Notes under the pieces: model-generated
The model's input: the letters and a program-made list of their open reading frames with translations, nothing else
Database searches by the model: none
What the model was told of the DNA's origin: nothing
Source: Candidatus Aminicenantes bacterium
GTDB taxonomy: Bacteria > Acidobacteriota > Aminicenantia > Aminicenantales > JAFGAV01
Direction: 5' to 3'
DNA: 64,000 nt
Assembly (NCBI GenBank): GCA_963705895.1
Contig: OY970122.1
Span: 3,178,383-3,242,382 of the forward strand
Made by a program: the position numbers and the translations under genes
Shown: piece by piece, positions 33,907 through 43,809 of the stretch
Layout of the letters: every line of letters begins with the position of its first letter
Position numbering within the stretch: position 1 is the stretch's first letter

Positions 33907-35889
33907 ATGAACGACCGGGCGGGCACTCCTCGGCGCATCCCCTGGCCCGTCCTGGCCGCTGCCGGTTTTGTATTCGTCTTCTGCGCCGCCTACAATTATT
34001 TCGTCTTCGAACACGTCCCTCACGTTCACGATGAGATCGCCTATCTCTTCCAGGCTCGGATCTTCCTGACAGGGCACTTCTCGGCGCCCGTGCCCTGTGC
34101 GCCCGATTCGTTCGACTTTCCTCATATGGTCAATATCGGGCGATGGTTCAGCGTCTATCCTCCTGGTTTTCCGGCCCTCCTGGCCCTGGGCCTTCTTCTG
34201 GGCGTTCCCTGGCTGGTCAACCCGCTCCTGGGAGGGCTGGCCGTCATTTTGATCTTCCTTATCGGCGCCGAGGTCTATTCCCGATGGGTCGGGGTCCTGG
34301 CGGCGGTCCTGGCCGCGGCTTCGCTCTGGATGCTGCTCACGTCCTCAAGCATGATGTCGCATACGGCCAGCATGGCCGCCGGGGCGCTCTTCGTCCTGTT
34401 CGCCTTCCGGTCGCTCCGGGCCCCCACGATCGGCAACGGCCTCGCTGCCGGGCTCGGGTTGGGCGCCGCGATCCTCATCCGGCCTATCAACGCCGCGCTC
34501 CTGGCAGTCGCCTTCTTTCTCGTCCTCGCCGTTCGGACGCTCAAGGAGTTCAAAGTCCGATGGAAGAACTTCCTGGCCCTCATCCTCACAACGGGGCTGG
34601 CCGTTGGCTTTTATCTTTATTACAACGCGGCCACGACGGGAGATCCCTTCAAGCCGGGCTACATCGCCCGCTACGGCTCGGCCTATTCCGTGATCTTCGG
34701 CCGGGCGGCGACGCTCGACTATGATTTCACCCCTCTCTACTCCTTTATGCAGACCGGCGAGAACCTGGGGTCCATCAACCGCTATCTCTTCGGCTGGCCG
34801 CTGACTTCACTCTGGCCTCTCCTCTTCGTCGTCTGGGCCTGGGTCAGGAGGCGGGAGGGACGGGACCGCGACCTGCTCCTCCTGTCCGGTTTCCTGGCGA
34901 TGCTCGTCGGCTTCTTTTTCTTCTGGGGCGCCTTCATCGCCTTCGGGGCGCGCATGTACTTTGAGGCCTTCCCCCTCCTCATTCTCCTCACGGCCCGAGG
35001 CTTGGACGAGGCTCCGGGGCTCCTGGGGGCCGCTTTCCGGCGCGTCGGGGTCCGGACGTGGGCCAAGATCCGGACCGGATGCCTGTTGGTCTTCACCGTT
35101 TACGCCTTCGCAATCACCTGGCCCGGCTGGGTCGCGCCGTCCGACACGGAATGGTTCTACGACCGCTACGACTATAACCTGGCCGGATCCTCGGCCCGTG
35201 TCGGAAATGCGGTTCGCGCGGCCGGGCTCCACAAAGCTCTGGTCGTGGTCAAGTTTCTCTATGCGCCGATCCGCGGATTTCCCACCGGATCGTGGGGCTC
35301 GGGGTTCATGCACGATACGCCCGCTCTCGACGGCGATGTGATCTATGCCAATGATCGAGGGCCGGCGGCTGACCTCGACCTGGCCCGGTGTTTTCCGGGC
35401 CGCAGTCTGTTCGTCTATTGGGGCACGCTGGACAGGGGAGTCCTTGCTCCGCTTCGAACCGAGGCGGGAACGGGCGCGCTCCGGCCGGGCGAGCCGGTCG
35501 CGGTCAGAATACGGGGAAAGCGTGAGGTCGAGCTTTTATCGAAGCCCGAGCTTGTCTTCAAGGTCTATTCTCCCGAATTCGGCACCTTCCTCGAAGAGAC
35601 GATGCGGACCGAGGCGGGGGGCTGGATGGGCCTGGATTCTCCCCGGCTGATGAGGATCGGGCTCGACGGCGCGGCGCGCGGCGATTTCCGCAGGGCGTCC
35701 TTCGCCTTCGAGGCGGCCCTCCAGGTGGAAAAGTATCCCAAACAGCGCTTTGAACTTCTCGGGCAGTTGACGCGATGCTACGCCAAGACGGGTCAGCGGG
35801 CGGAAGCCAAGAGGATCATGCAAAAGATCGCGGAGCTTGAGTTCTATCAGGACAAGCTCTTTTCGATCTTTCCCGAGCGCGGGTTTTAG
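33907..35889 (+). CDS. GT-C/GT39-like polytopic membrane glycosyltransferase with C-terminal TPR-like segment
   Basis: HDEIAYLFQA, SVYPPGFP, many TM helices, helical C-terminus. Confidence 0.72.
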   Translation: MNDRAGTPRRIPWPVLAAAGFVFVFCAAYNYFVFEHVPHVHDEIAYLFQARIFLTGHFSAPVPCAPDSFDFPHMVNIGRWFSVYPPGFPALLALGLLLGVPWLVNPLLGGLAVILIFLIGAEVYSRWVGVLAAVLAAASLWMLLTSSSMMSHTASMAAGALFVLFAFRSLRAPTIGNGLAAGLGLGAAILIRPINAALLAVAFFLVLAVRTLKEFKVRWKNFLALILTTGLAVGFYLYYNAATTGDPFKPGYIARYGSAYSVIFGRAATLDYDFTPLYSFMQTGENLGSINRYLFGWPLTSLWPLLFVVWAWVRRREGRDRDLLLLSGFLAMLVGFFFFWGAFIAFGARMYFEAFPLLILLTARGLDEAPGLLGAAFRRVGVRTWAKIRTGCLLVFTVYAFAITWPGWVAPSDTEWFYDRYDYNLAGSSARVGNAVRAAGLHKALVVVKFLYAPIRGFPTGSWGSGFMHDTPALDGDVIYANDRGPAADLDLARCFPGRSLFVYWGTLDRGVLAPLRTEAGTGALRPGEPVAVRIRGKREVELLSKPELVFKVYSPEFGTFLEETMRTEAGGWMGLDSPRLMRIGLDGAARGDFRRASFAFEAALQVEKYPKQRFELLGQLTRCYAKTGQRAEAKRIMQKIAELEFYQDKLFSIFPERGF

Positions 35890-35983
35890 AAGGCACAGGG
35901 CATCGAGCTCGACCCTTGTCAAAACAGGGGTTCTGGGCTAGAATAAACACCTTCCCAAACTAGTCAAAGATGGAGATTCAGCA

Positions 35984-36490
35984 GTGAAAGAAGAGCGACG
36001 CGACGAATACCAGAAAGCCCTGAACGCCTTCGGCGATGCCATGAAGCACTTCCACCAGGGCAAGAGCGACCGGGCCGAAGAACAGCTGCTGGCCTTCCTG
36101 GAAAAATATCCCCAGGAGAGGGAACTGGCCGACCGGGCCAGGCTCTACGTCAAGATCTGCCAGGAGCGCATCGGCAAATCCAAGGAACGGATCAGCCTCA
36201 AGACCGAGGAGGATTATTTCTACTACAGCGTTTATCGGATGAACCAGGGCGACCATGAGGGCGCGGCCAAGCTCCTGGAGAAGGCCCGCGAGCTCGCACC
36301 CAAGGACGCCCGGACCTTCTACCTGTCCGCGGACCTGGCCTGCGTCATGGGCCAGACCGAGGAGTGCCTGGAGTACCTGAAAAAGGCCGTCCACATGGAC
36401 AAGCTGTACGCCGTCCTGGCCCAGAACGAAGCCGATTTTCAGCCCGTGTGGGATGACAAGAAGTTCAAGGTCATCGTCAAGCTCGCATGA
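35984..36490 (+). CDS. Tetratricopeptide repeat protein
   Basis: Repeated TPR-like helices (AAKLLEKARELAP, CLEYLKKAV); overlaps the glmU start; promoter TTGTCA-17-TAGAAT. Confidence 0.75.
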   Translation: MKEERRDEYQKALNAFGDAMKHFHQGKSDRAEEQLLAFLEKYPQERELADRARLYVKICQERIGKSKERISLKTEEDYFYYSVYRMNQGDHEGAAKLLEKARELAPKDARTFYLSADLACVMGQTEECLEYLKKAVHMDKLYAVLAQNEADFQPVWDDKKFKVIVKLA

Positions 36491-37890
36491 AAAAAGGCCT
36501 GTGCGCCCTTGTCTTGGCTGCCGGACAGGGGACCCGTTTCAAATCGGCCACGAACAAGGTCCTCCACCCCATCCTGGGCAAGCCCATGATCCGGCTTGTC
36601 ATCGATAGCCTGCTCGAGCTCAAGCCGGACAGGATCGTGGTCGTCGTCGGCCATCAGAAGGACGATGTCGCCCGCGCCTCGGCCCATCCCAAGGTCGAGT
36701 GCGTGGTCCAAAAGCGGCAGCTCGGCACGGCCGACGCCGTCCTGGCGGCGAAAGCCGTCCTGGCCCGCCGCCCCGCGGATGATGTCCTCATCATCAACTC
36801 CGACCTGCCCCTGTTCAGGGCCGCGACCATCAAGCCCGCCCTCGGCCTCCATCGCCGGCGCGGGAACGCCCTGACCGTTCTCAGCGCCGAGCCGGAAAAT
36901 CCCTCGGGTTTCGGCCGCCTGGTGCGGGAAGGCAAGGGCCGCTTCCGGGTCGCTGAAGAGAAGGACGCCTCGCCCCGCGAAAAAAAGATTCGGGAAGTGA
37001 ACACCGGCATCTATGTCTTCCGGGCGAGCGACCTGCTCCGTGTCCTGCCCCAGATCTCGAACGCTAACCGCAAGGGCGAGTTCTACTTGACCGACGCCGT
37101 CGCCCTGCTCTCGAGCCGCGGCCAGAAGGTCTCGGTGGTTAAGACCGGGAACGCGGCCGAGGTCGTGGGCGTCAACACGCGCTTCGAGCTGGCCCAGGCC
37201 GCTGACGCCCTGCGCCTGAGGAAGATCAAAACCTTGGCCGAGTCCGGGGTCACGGTCCTCGACCCCCGCTCGACCTGGATCGACCTCGAGGTCTCGATCG
37301 GACCGGACACGGTCATCTATCCCTCGGTCACGATCGAGGGCGCGACCCGCATCGGCCGCCGCGTGCTCGTCCATCCCTCGGCCCATCTGGTCAACGCCGA
37401 GGTCGGGGATGACGTCCAGGTCCTGACCGGCGCGGTCATCAAGGACAGCCGGCTGGGGAACGGCGTCGCGGTCGGCCCCTATTGTCATCTTCGCGGCAGG
37501 ACGGTCATCAAGCCCGGGGCCAAGGTCGGCGATTTCGTCGAGATGAAGAACTCCGTCTTCGGCGAGGGGTCGAAGGCCATGCACCTGTCCTATGTCGGAG
37601 ACGCGAAGGTCGGACGGGCGGTCAACATCGGCGCGGGCACGATCACCTGCAATTACGACGGCGTGTGCAAGAACCCGACGACAATCGGCGACGAGGTTTT
37701 TATCGGCTCGGGCACTGAGCTTGTGGCACCGGTCAAGGTCGGCCGGGGCGCCTATGTCGGCGCCGGCTCGACCATCACCAAGGATGTCCCCCCGGATGCT
37801 TTGGCCGTCGCCCGCGCCCGACAGATCGAGAGACGCGGCTGGGCCAAGAAGAGAAAAGAAAAAAACGCTACTCTCCTCAAGAAACGCTGA
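36487..37890 (+). CDS. glmU: Bifunctional UDP-GlcNAc pyrophosphorylase / GlcN-1-P acetyltransferase
   Basis: LAAGQGTRFKS, KVLH, EVNTGIY, EFYLTD, hexapeptide repeats, HLSYVGDA, TCNYDG. Confidence 0.96.
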   Translation: MKKGLCALVLAAGQGTRFKSATNKVLHPILGKPMIRLVIDSLLELKPDRIVVVVGHQKDDVARASAHPKVECVVQKRQLGTADAVLAAKAVLARRPADDVLIINSDLPLFRAATIKPALGLHRRRGNALTVLSAEPENPSGFGRLVREGKGRFRVAEEKDASPREKKIREVNTGIYVFRASDLLRVLPQISNANRKGEFYLTDAVALLSSRGQKVSVVKTGNAAEVVGVNTRFELAQAADALRLRKIKTLAESGVTVLDPRSTWIDLEVSIGPDTVIYPSVTIEGATRIGRRVLVHPSAHLVNAEVGDDVQVLTGAVIKDSRLGNGVAVGPYCHLRGRTVIKPGAKVGDFVEMKNSVFGEGSKAMHLSYVGDAKVGRAVNIGAGTITCNYDGVCKNPTTIGDEVFIGSGTELVAPVKVGRGAYVGAGSTITKDVPPDALAVARARQIERRGWAKKRKEKNATLLKKR

Positions 37891-37932
37891 GGCGCCTTCC
37901 CGCTTAAGTTCGCGCCAGCCTGCCCGCTCGTC

Positions 37933-40734
37933 CTACCACAAGAACCGAATCGAGGCCCGCATCAGGCGCGGCTGTTGGCGTCCCCAGATCGAGCCGAACG
38001 AGGGAATGTCCTCCTGGACGTAAGAGATGGGAATCTGGCTGTTGAACACGTTTAGGATATCCAGGCGCAGGCTGAGCGTCATCAGCCCGGGAAGGGCGAT
38101 GCTCTTTTGCAGACCCAGGTCCAGGTAGGAATGGGCTGGTGTTTCGCGCGCTCCCCGTCCCTCGGGAAAGCGGAAATAGACCCCGAAGTAGGGCACGTAA
38201 CCCAGTTTTTGCCAAAAATACCCGGACAGGTACTCGAAGGCCAGAGAGACCGTAACATCCCAGGGGGCGAGGTAGACCGCGTTCACTTTGAGGTCATGGT
38301 CCACGGCGTAGGGAAGCTTGCCGTACCAGCCCTCGTCGCCGTACCCCCGTCCGCCGAGCCCGCCCAGCTGATAATCATAGTAGGCCTTGATATCCTCGAG
38401 CCCGGGCAAGGCCGGGATGAAGATGTGCTTGCCGAAGAGGCTGATATAGTTCGTCCCCGCTTCCGACTGGGACCAGGCGCCGGTCTCGGTCTGTCCGGGG
38501 TTCGTGCCCTTGGAGGAGGAAAAGGCATACGAGGCGTTGAGGAAGAATCGCTGACCGATCTTGCCGTCGAGCTCGACCTCCAGGCCGCGATAATTCCTCC
38601 GCTTATCCTCGTAATTATCGAAGAGGAAGTTGTAGCTCGTCACCGGGTCGTAGACGAGAAGCACTTCGAGAAGATGCGTGGCGTCAGTCCGGACGTAGCG
38701 GGCCTTGATCGCCCAGCCGGGCCCCAGGCGGCGGTCGAACTCGATGAGCCAGCGGTTGAGAAAGTTGGGCTTGAGGTTCGGGGCCACGCTGAACGGCTGG
38801 GATTTCTGCTCGGTCTCGAACTTCCAGTTGGCCGGGTCGTGGAGCTCGGCCTCGGACGGATCGGCCGGCCCCTGCCAGTCGTAGGTCCGGAAGGACAGGC
38901 CGGCCACTGAGTTGAAGAAGCCGAGGGGCATGGTCGAGATCATGTCCGAGAACCGTCCCCATCCGAGCTTGAGCACGTTCGCCCCGTCCCCGGTCAGGTC
39001 CACGGCCAGGGACAGCCGAGGCGAGAGGAAATCGCCCAAGCCCCAGGTCCAGAGCACGCCCTTCTTGTCGTCGTAGCAGGTCTGGGTTTGGGACCTCAAC
39101 CCGACCATGACCGTGAACCGTCCCCAGGTGACCTTGTCTTTGAAGAAGAGCCCGAGGCCGGCCGAGGAATTGATGAAGTCGAACCGACCGTATTCGCGGA
39201 ATACGGTCGGGGTGCGCTGGCCCTCGCGCCAGGAGGTGAAATAGTACTTCGTCCCGATGTCGAACCCGTCATCGGGGAAAAGGTCCTCGTCCTGGCCGGT
39301 GAACCGCGTCTCGAAGTCCGAGGAAAAGCGGTAGTATTCGAGACCGCTGCTGAGCTCGTGATGCCCGAAGGAGGGGATGTCGATATATTTCGTCAGCTTG
39401 AGGCTGAAGTCGAACCGGTCCTCGTTGTCCGTGATCTGGCCGTAGGTGTTGTGGATGTTCTGGGCCAGGTCCGCAACGAAATACTGGGCCGGTCCGAGGT
39501 CCCGGCTGAGGGGCTGTTTGAGGTCGTCGCGCGCGACCAGGCCGACCCCCGCTTCGATGAAGGTCGTGGCGTTGAGCAGGCCCTTGTAGTTCAGGCGGAA
39601 GGCGAGGTCGGTGAATTTCTCGGTCTCGTAGAGCTCGGGGATCCCCGTGCCGCCCTTCTGGCCTAAGGACGTGTTGAAGATCGAGGTTAGGGACAGGGTG
39701 TGATTGGCCGCGAGGGCGTAGGTGAGCTTGGCGAACAGCTGATTCGTTTGACTGCTGTGCGTGCCGCCGGGCACGGACAGATAATCCAGCAGGCCGTCCT
39801 CGGTCTCCTCGGCGTTGGTATAGACGTTATCCGAAACGAAGAACCACAGCTTATCCTTGACGATCGGCCCACCGACGTTCAAGTAGGCGTTGTATTTCGA
39901 GAAGTAGGCCGGCTCGCGCATGATCGACAGCTGGGGGAGGGGGGCCGCCTGGAAGTTCTTGTCGGCGAAGACAAGGGAGGCTTCACCGTGAAGCTCGTTC
40001 CCGCCGCTCTTCGTGACCATGTTGATGATCCCGCCGTAGGCCGACCCGAACTCCGGGCTGAAGGAATCGGAGATGATCTGCATCTCGTCGATGGCGTCGA
40101 AGTTGAGCCGGATCCCCGAATCCTTGAGCCGGACGCCGCTGATCGAAAGTCCGTCCACGATCCAGGTGTTGCCCTCCTCGCCCTCGCCCCGGAAGCTCGG
40201 CTGTCCCTCGACGGCCTGGCCGTTCCGAGTGTTGACTCGGACCCCGGTGACGCCCGGCGTGAACTTGGTCATGTCCACGACATCCCGGTTCTGGACGGGC
40301 GTCTGAGCCAGGTCTGCGGCCGTCACATAGTAGCTCGTGTCGGTCGATGTCTTATCGATCAAGGGCGTCGGGGCCGTGACCACGACCTCCTTCTGAATCT
40401 CGGAGAACTTCATGACCACGGTCAGGGTCGTCACCATGCCCAGCCGGATCACGACGTCCTGCTGGACGACCGTCCCGAACCCCTGGAGGCTGAAGGTCAG
40501 GGTGTAGGTCCCGACGGGCAGGATGGGCAGGTTGAAGGAGCCGTCCTTAGCGGAGGAGGCTGCGCGCGCCCCCTGGAGGTTGGGGCTGGCGGCGATGATG
40601 GCCACGCCCGGCAAGCCGGTCCCGTTTTCGTCCTGGACGCGGCCTTTGACCTCTCCGGTTTCGATGGCCCTCAGGCTCGCGGTGAGGCCGGCGACGAGAA
40701 GAATGCCCAAGGCGAACGCTTTCAGGTTTTTCAT
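37933..40734 (-). CDS. TonB-dependent receptor (Oar-like, carboxypeptidase-regulatory-like N-domain)
   Basis: Signal peptide from ATG 40734 (MKNLKAF), LPGV...GTYTLTFSLQGF, plug end PEFGSAYGGIINMVTKSG, C-terminal beta strand ASIRFLW. Confidence 0.9.
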   Translation of the reverse strand: MKNLKAFALGILLVAGLTASLRAIETGEVKGRVQDENGTGLPGVAIIAASPNLQGARAASSAKDGSFNLPILPVGTYTLTFSLQGFGTVVQQDVVIRLGMVTTLTVVMKFSEIQKEVVVTAPTPLIDKTSTDTSYYVTAADLAQTPVQNRDVVDMTKFTPGVTGVRVNTRNGQAVEGQPSFRGEGEEGNTWIVDGLSISGVRLKDSGIRLNFDAIDEMQIISDSFSPEFGSAYGGIINMVTKSGGNELHGEASLVFADKNFQAAPLPQLSIMREPAYFSKYNAYLNVGGPIVKDKLWFFVSDNVYTNAEETEDGLLDYLSVPGGTHSSQTNQLFAKLTYALAANHTLSLTSIFNTSLGQKGGTGIPELYETEKFTDLAFRLNYKGLLNATTFIEAGVGLVARDDLKQPLSRDLGPAQYFVADLAQNIHNTYGQITDNEDRFDFSLKLTKYIDIPSFGHHELSSGLEYYRFSSDFETRFTGQDEDLFPDDGFDIGTKYYFTSWREGQRTPTVFREYGRFDFINSSAGLGLFFKDKVTWGRFTVMVGLRSQTQTCYDDKKGVLWTWGLGDFLSPRLSLAVDLTGDGANVLKLGWGRFSDMISTMPLGFFNSVAGLSFRTYDWQGPADPSEAELHDPANWKFETEQKSQPFSVAPNLKPNFLNRWLIEFDRRLGPGWAIKARYVRTDATHLLEVLLVYDPVTSYNFLFDNYEDKRRNYRGLEVELDGKIGQRFFLNASYAFSSSKGTNPGQTETGAWSQSEAGTNYISLFGKHIFIPALPGLEDIKAYYDYQLGGLGGRGYGDEGWYGKLPYAVDHDLKVNAVYLAPWDVTVSLAFEYLSGYFWQKLGYVPYFGVYFRFPEGRGARETPAHSYLDLGLQKSIALPGLMTLSLRLDILNVFNSQIPISYVQEDIPSFGSIWGRQQPRLMRASIRFLW

Positions 40735-40828
40735 GGTTACACTCACTCGGTGCTTATGGGAGTTGGGCTCATTATCAGCCCAATTCCCGCCGAAAATCAA
40801 GGAGCGAGGGGAAGAATCGTCCCCTCCC

Positions 40829-41005
40829 TCACTGGACCTTGATCCTTTTGTTCTTGGTTTCCCTCGCTTCGCCTCCTTTTTTTCGAGAGCGGCGATCCCG
40901 GCCTCGATGACCGCCCGCCCTGCGCCGGGCACAGGAGAGGACCGTGGCCGCGGCCAGGGTCGTCTGGCCCACGCCGCCTTTCCCGGTGAAGAGAATGATC
41001 CGCAG
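40829..41005 (-). pseudogene. Deletion remnant of an ArsA/GET3-type ATPase N-terminus joined to a short basic C-terminal fragment
   Basis: Manual translation gives (CTG)RIILFTGKGGVGQTTLAAATVLSCARR after a purine-rich RBS, then out-of-frame AVIEAGIAALEKKEAK... and a further shift to RIKVQ-stop. Confidence 0.7.
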
Positions 41006-41088
41006 GAAATTGCCCTCTCCCTCTCCGATCTCATCTTAGCACCGGGCCGCGAAAATTCCTATTGCGGAGCGGGGTCCGAATCACTACA

Positions 41089-41922
41089 ATGAAGAAAAAG
41101 AAGACCATGCGACATTTCCTGTTCGACGCCTACAACGGCTACCGGTCGCGGCTGGACGACATCCCCTTCATCCACGAGTTCCTGGAGGAGGCGCCGCTCA
41201 AGTTGGGGCTGCGGCCGACCATGCCGCCCTTCGTCCTTCCCTATTACAACGGCATCGTCCCCGAGGACTGCGGCATCAGCTCCTTTGTTTTCCTCGAAGG
41301 CGGGCACTTCACCCTGCACACGTTCTCCTACCGGGGCGCTTTTTTCATCGACCTCCTCGACCCGAAGGGGGTCAACCGGAAGAAGCTCCATGACCTCATC
41401 GACGACGCCTTCCCCTCGGAGAAGAACCTCGAGAACTATATCGATAGGACCGAGGGCGAGCGGCTGAGCCGGCCGGCCATCGACACAGAGAAGGATTTCG
41501 GACCGCACCTCTTCCTCGATTTCGAGGACTTTGAGGGGCCTGGCACGATGGACGCGATCTTCGCCTACTTCGACGGCCTGCCGCGGAAGGTCGGGATGAC
41601 GCCCATCATCCGGCCCTACGTGATTCGAAACCGGGTGGGCGCGGAGGACGTCCTGTCGGGAATGACCATGATCGCCGAGAGCCATATCAGCCTCCACGTC
41701 TTCCTCGGCAGCCGGAAGGCTTACTTCGACCTGTTCAGCTGCAGCTTCTTCGACGCGGCCAAGGTCGTGCGCGAGCTCAAGCGGGGCCTCAAGGGCAAGG
41801 TTCTCCACGAGACGCTTATCTCCCGGGGGAGCAAGTACAAGAAATTCCGGGAAGCAGCCCCCCAAAAAGCCAAGTTCTCACGGGTGTGGCTGGGCCACGT
41901 CCTCCGCAAAGACAAGTCTTGA
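41089..41922 (+). CDS. Tandem two-domain pyruvoyl-dependent decarboxylase of the AdoMetDC/SpeD family
   Basis: Domain 1: HFLFD...GISSFVFLEGGHFTLHTF...IDLLD. Domain 2: HLFLD...SGMTMIAESHISLHVF...FDLFSC. Confidence 0.82.
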   Translation: MKKKKTMRHFLFDAYNGYRSRLDDIPFIHEFLEEAPLKLGLRPTMPPFVLPYYNGIVPEDCGISSFVFLEGGHFTLHTFSYRGAFFIDLLDPKGVNRKKLHDLIDDAFPSEKNLENYIDRTEGERLSRPAIDTEKDFGPHLFLDFEDFEGPGTMDAIFAYFDGLPRKVGMTPIIRPYVIRNRVGAEDVLSGMTMIAESHISLHVFLGSRKAYFDLFSCSFFDAAKVVRELKRGLKGKVLHETLISRGSKYKKFREAAPQKAKFSRVWLGHVLRKDKS

Positions 41923-42620
41923 TAACCCGATCTTCATTTTCCCTCGCCTCCCCGTCCTTCTCGACTCTCATCCTGGGGCTCGACCTGGCCGGGGCTCCCC
42001 TGAGGCGGACGGGTGCCTGCCTGCTCCGGGGAAGGCGGGCCGCGACGTGCGTCCTCAACACGGACAAAGAGATCCTCGAATTTTGCCGGAAGGCGAGGCC
42101 GGCCCTGGTCGCCATGGACGCGCCTCTCCACCTTCCGCCGGGACGAAAGTCAATCAACGACCGGAATGGGAGGCACCTGCGCGGGTGCGATGAGGAGCTG
42201 CGGCGGAGGCACATCCCGTTCTTTCCGATCACCCTGGGTCCGATGCGGATGTTGACCGTGCGGGGGATGCGTCTCGAGAGAATGATCCAAGCGATGCACA
42301 TCCGCGTCGTCGAGATCTACCCCGGCGGCGCCCAGGATGTCTGGGGGATTCCGAGGGCCAAGAGGGATATCGCCGGACTCCTTGGGGGATTGAGGCGATT
42401 GGGATTGCTTGGATTGAGCTCGAAGGCGACGGCCGACGAGTTGGATGCGGCCTCAGGGGCGCTCGTCGGACAGCTTTTTTTGCGCGGCAAGGCCGAGGTG
42501 CTGGGGAATTTCAGGACAGGGGCGATCATCCTTCCCAGGGCGAAGAGGAAGAGCGGCGGAAAAGCAAGGAAGGGGAGTGCGCGCACCTCAACACGCAGAA
42601 GGACGAGTCATGAACGGTAG
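41919..42620 (+). CDS. DUF429-like predicted RNase H-fold nuclease
   Basis: LGLDLAG...TG, VAMDAPL, RGCDEEL, VEIYP, DELDA. Confidence 0.72.
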   Translation: MITRSSFSLASPSFSTLILGLDLAGAPLRRTGACLLRGRRAATCVLNTDKEILEFCRKARPALVAMDAPLHLPPGRKSINDRNGRHLRGCDEELRRRHIPFFPITLGPMRMLTVRGMRLERMIQAMHIRVVEIYPGGAQDVWGIPRAKRDIAGLLGGLRRLGLLGLSSKATADELDAASGALVGQLFLRGKAEVLGNFRTGAIILPRAKRKSGGKARKGSARTSTRRRTSHER

Positions 42621-43287
42621 CGAACGGACCTCGGTCGTCTTTGATATCGATGGGACACTCATCGACAGCGACGGCTTTGATGTCGAGTGCTTTGTCGAAG
42701 CCGTCAGGGATGTCCTCGGGAACGTCGTCTTACAGGATGATTGGCGACACTACAAACATGCCACGGATGCCGGCATCCTGGACCAGATCCTTGCGGAGAA
42801 CCAATTGGCGCCCTCTCCGGAGCTCGTGGCCGAAGTCAGGGAAGCTTTCGGCGTCAGGATCAAGAGGTATCTCACTGCGGGCGGCGTGTGCGCGGCCGCG
42901 CCGGGGGCCGGAGAGGCGATAGCCCGGCTGAAAGAGCAAGGTTTCCTGGTCGGCATCGCTACGGGAGGCTGGGGCCACACGGCGCGGATGAAGCTTGAGC
43001 GGGCTGGGATCGTGTTCGACAGCCTGCCCCTGACGTCGAGCGATCATTCCCTGGTTCGCGTCGAGATCATGGCCGAATGCCTCCGGCAACTTGGAGGCGA
43101 TCCCGGCCGGGCGGTCTACGTCGGCAATGGAGATTGGGACCGGAGGGCGAGTCTTGAAGCGGGCTGGGGATTCATCGGCGTCGGCCCCGGGCTCAAGGGC
43201 CGATGCGAAACATGGGTCGCCGATTTTCTCGATCCGGCGTGGCCCGCCGCGTCCCGGAATGCTCTGCTCAAGTTGCGCGGGGGTTGA
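42610..43287 (+). CDS. HAD-superfamily hydrolase
   Basis: VFDIDGTLID, GIATG, VYVGNGDWD (motif IV variant). Confidence 0.82.
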   Translation: MNGSERTSVVFDIDGTLIDSDGFDVECFVEAVRDVLGNVVLQDDWRHYKHATDAGILDQILAENQLAPSPELVAEVREAFGVRIKRYLTAGGVCAAAPGAGEAIARLKEQGFLVGIATGGWGHTARMKLERAGIVFDSLPLTSSDHSLVRVEIMAECLRQLGGDPGRAVYVGNGDWDRRASLEAGWGFIGVGPGLKGRCETWVADFLDPAWPAASRNALLKLRGG

Positions 43288-43315
43288 AGGTCAGGCGGGG
43301 TTCGATGTCTTGCCC

Positions 43316-43738
43316 TCAGACGGCTTTGAAGCTCTGAGCCACCCAGTCGCGGATCTCGTTCCTGATCCGGCGGACGCAGGCCAGGATCTCGGCTTCCGAT
43401 CCCACGCATGATGAGGGGTCGTCGAAGCTTTCATGAAGATACTTTCGCGCCCCGGGGAAGAACGGGCATGTCTCCTGAGCCTGGTCGCAGAGCGTCACCA
43501 CGAGGTCGATTTGCTCTCCCAGGAACACGTCCACGCTCTTCGTCCGGTTATTTGATAAGTCATGGCCGATTTCCTTCATGACGGTAACAACGTGCGGATT
43601 GATCTTTCCCGGCTCTGTTCCCGCGCTTGAAGCCTTGTAGCGATCGCCGTAGAGCGAATTCAAAAAAGCCTCGGCCATCTGCGACCGGGCCGAGTTGTGG
43701 GTGCAAACGAACAGCACTTTTTTCTTTTCCGGGGTCAT
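43316..43738 (-). CDS. arsC: Thioredoxin-coupled arsenate reductase (LMW-PTP fold)
   Basis: CTHNSARSQMAE, TLCDQAQETCPFFPG, FDDP. Confidence 0.88.
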   Translation of the reverse strand: MTPEKKKVLFVCTHNSARSQMAEAFLNSLYGDRYKASSAGTEPGKINPHVVTVMKEIGHDLSNNRTKSVDVFLGEQIDLVVTLCDQAQETCPFFPGARKYLHESFDDPSSCVGSEAEILACVRRIRNEIRDWVAQSFKAV

Positions 43739-43809
43739 ATCATTATTTTAACAGATTGCGATTTTTGTTCAATTTTCGTGCAGGGGAAGCGCCTCCGGCC
43801 GCGATCTCC

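Noticed and set aside
40735-41034. 100-aa N-terminal extension of the TonB-dependent receptor ORF
   Set aside because: The signal peptide begins at ATG 40734; the upstream part is better explained as an ArsA-type remnant read in other frames.
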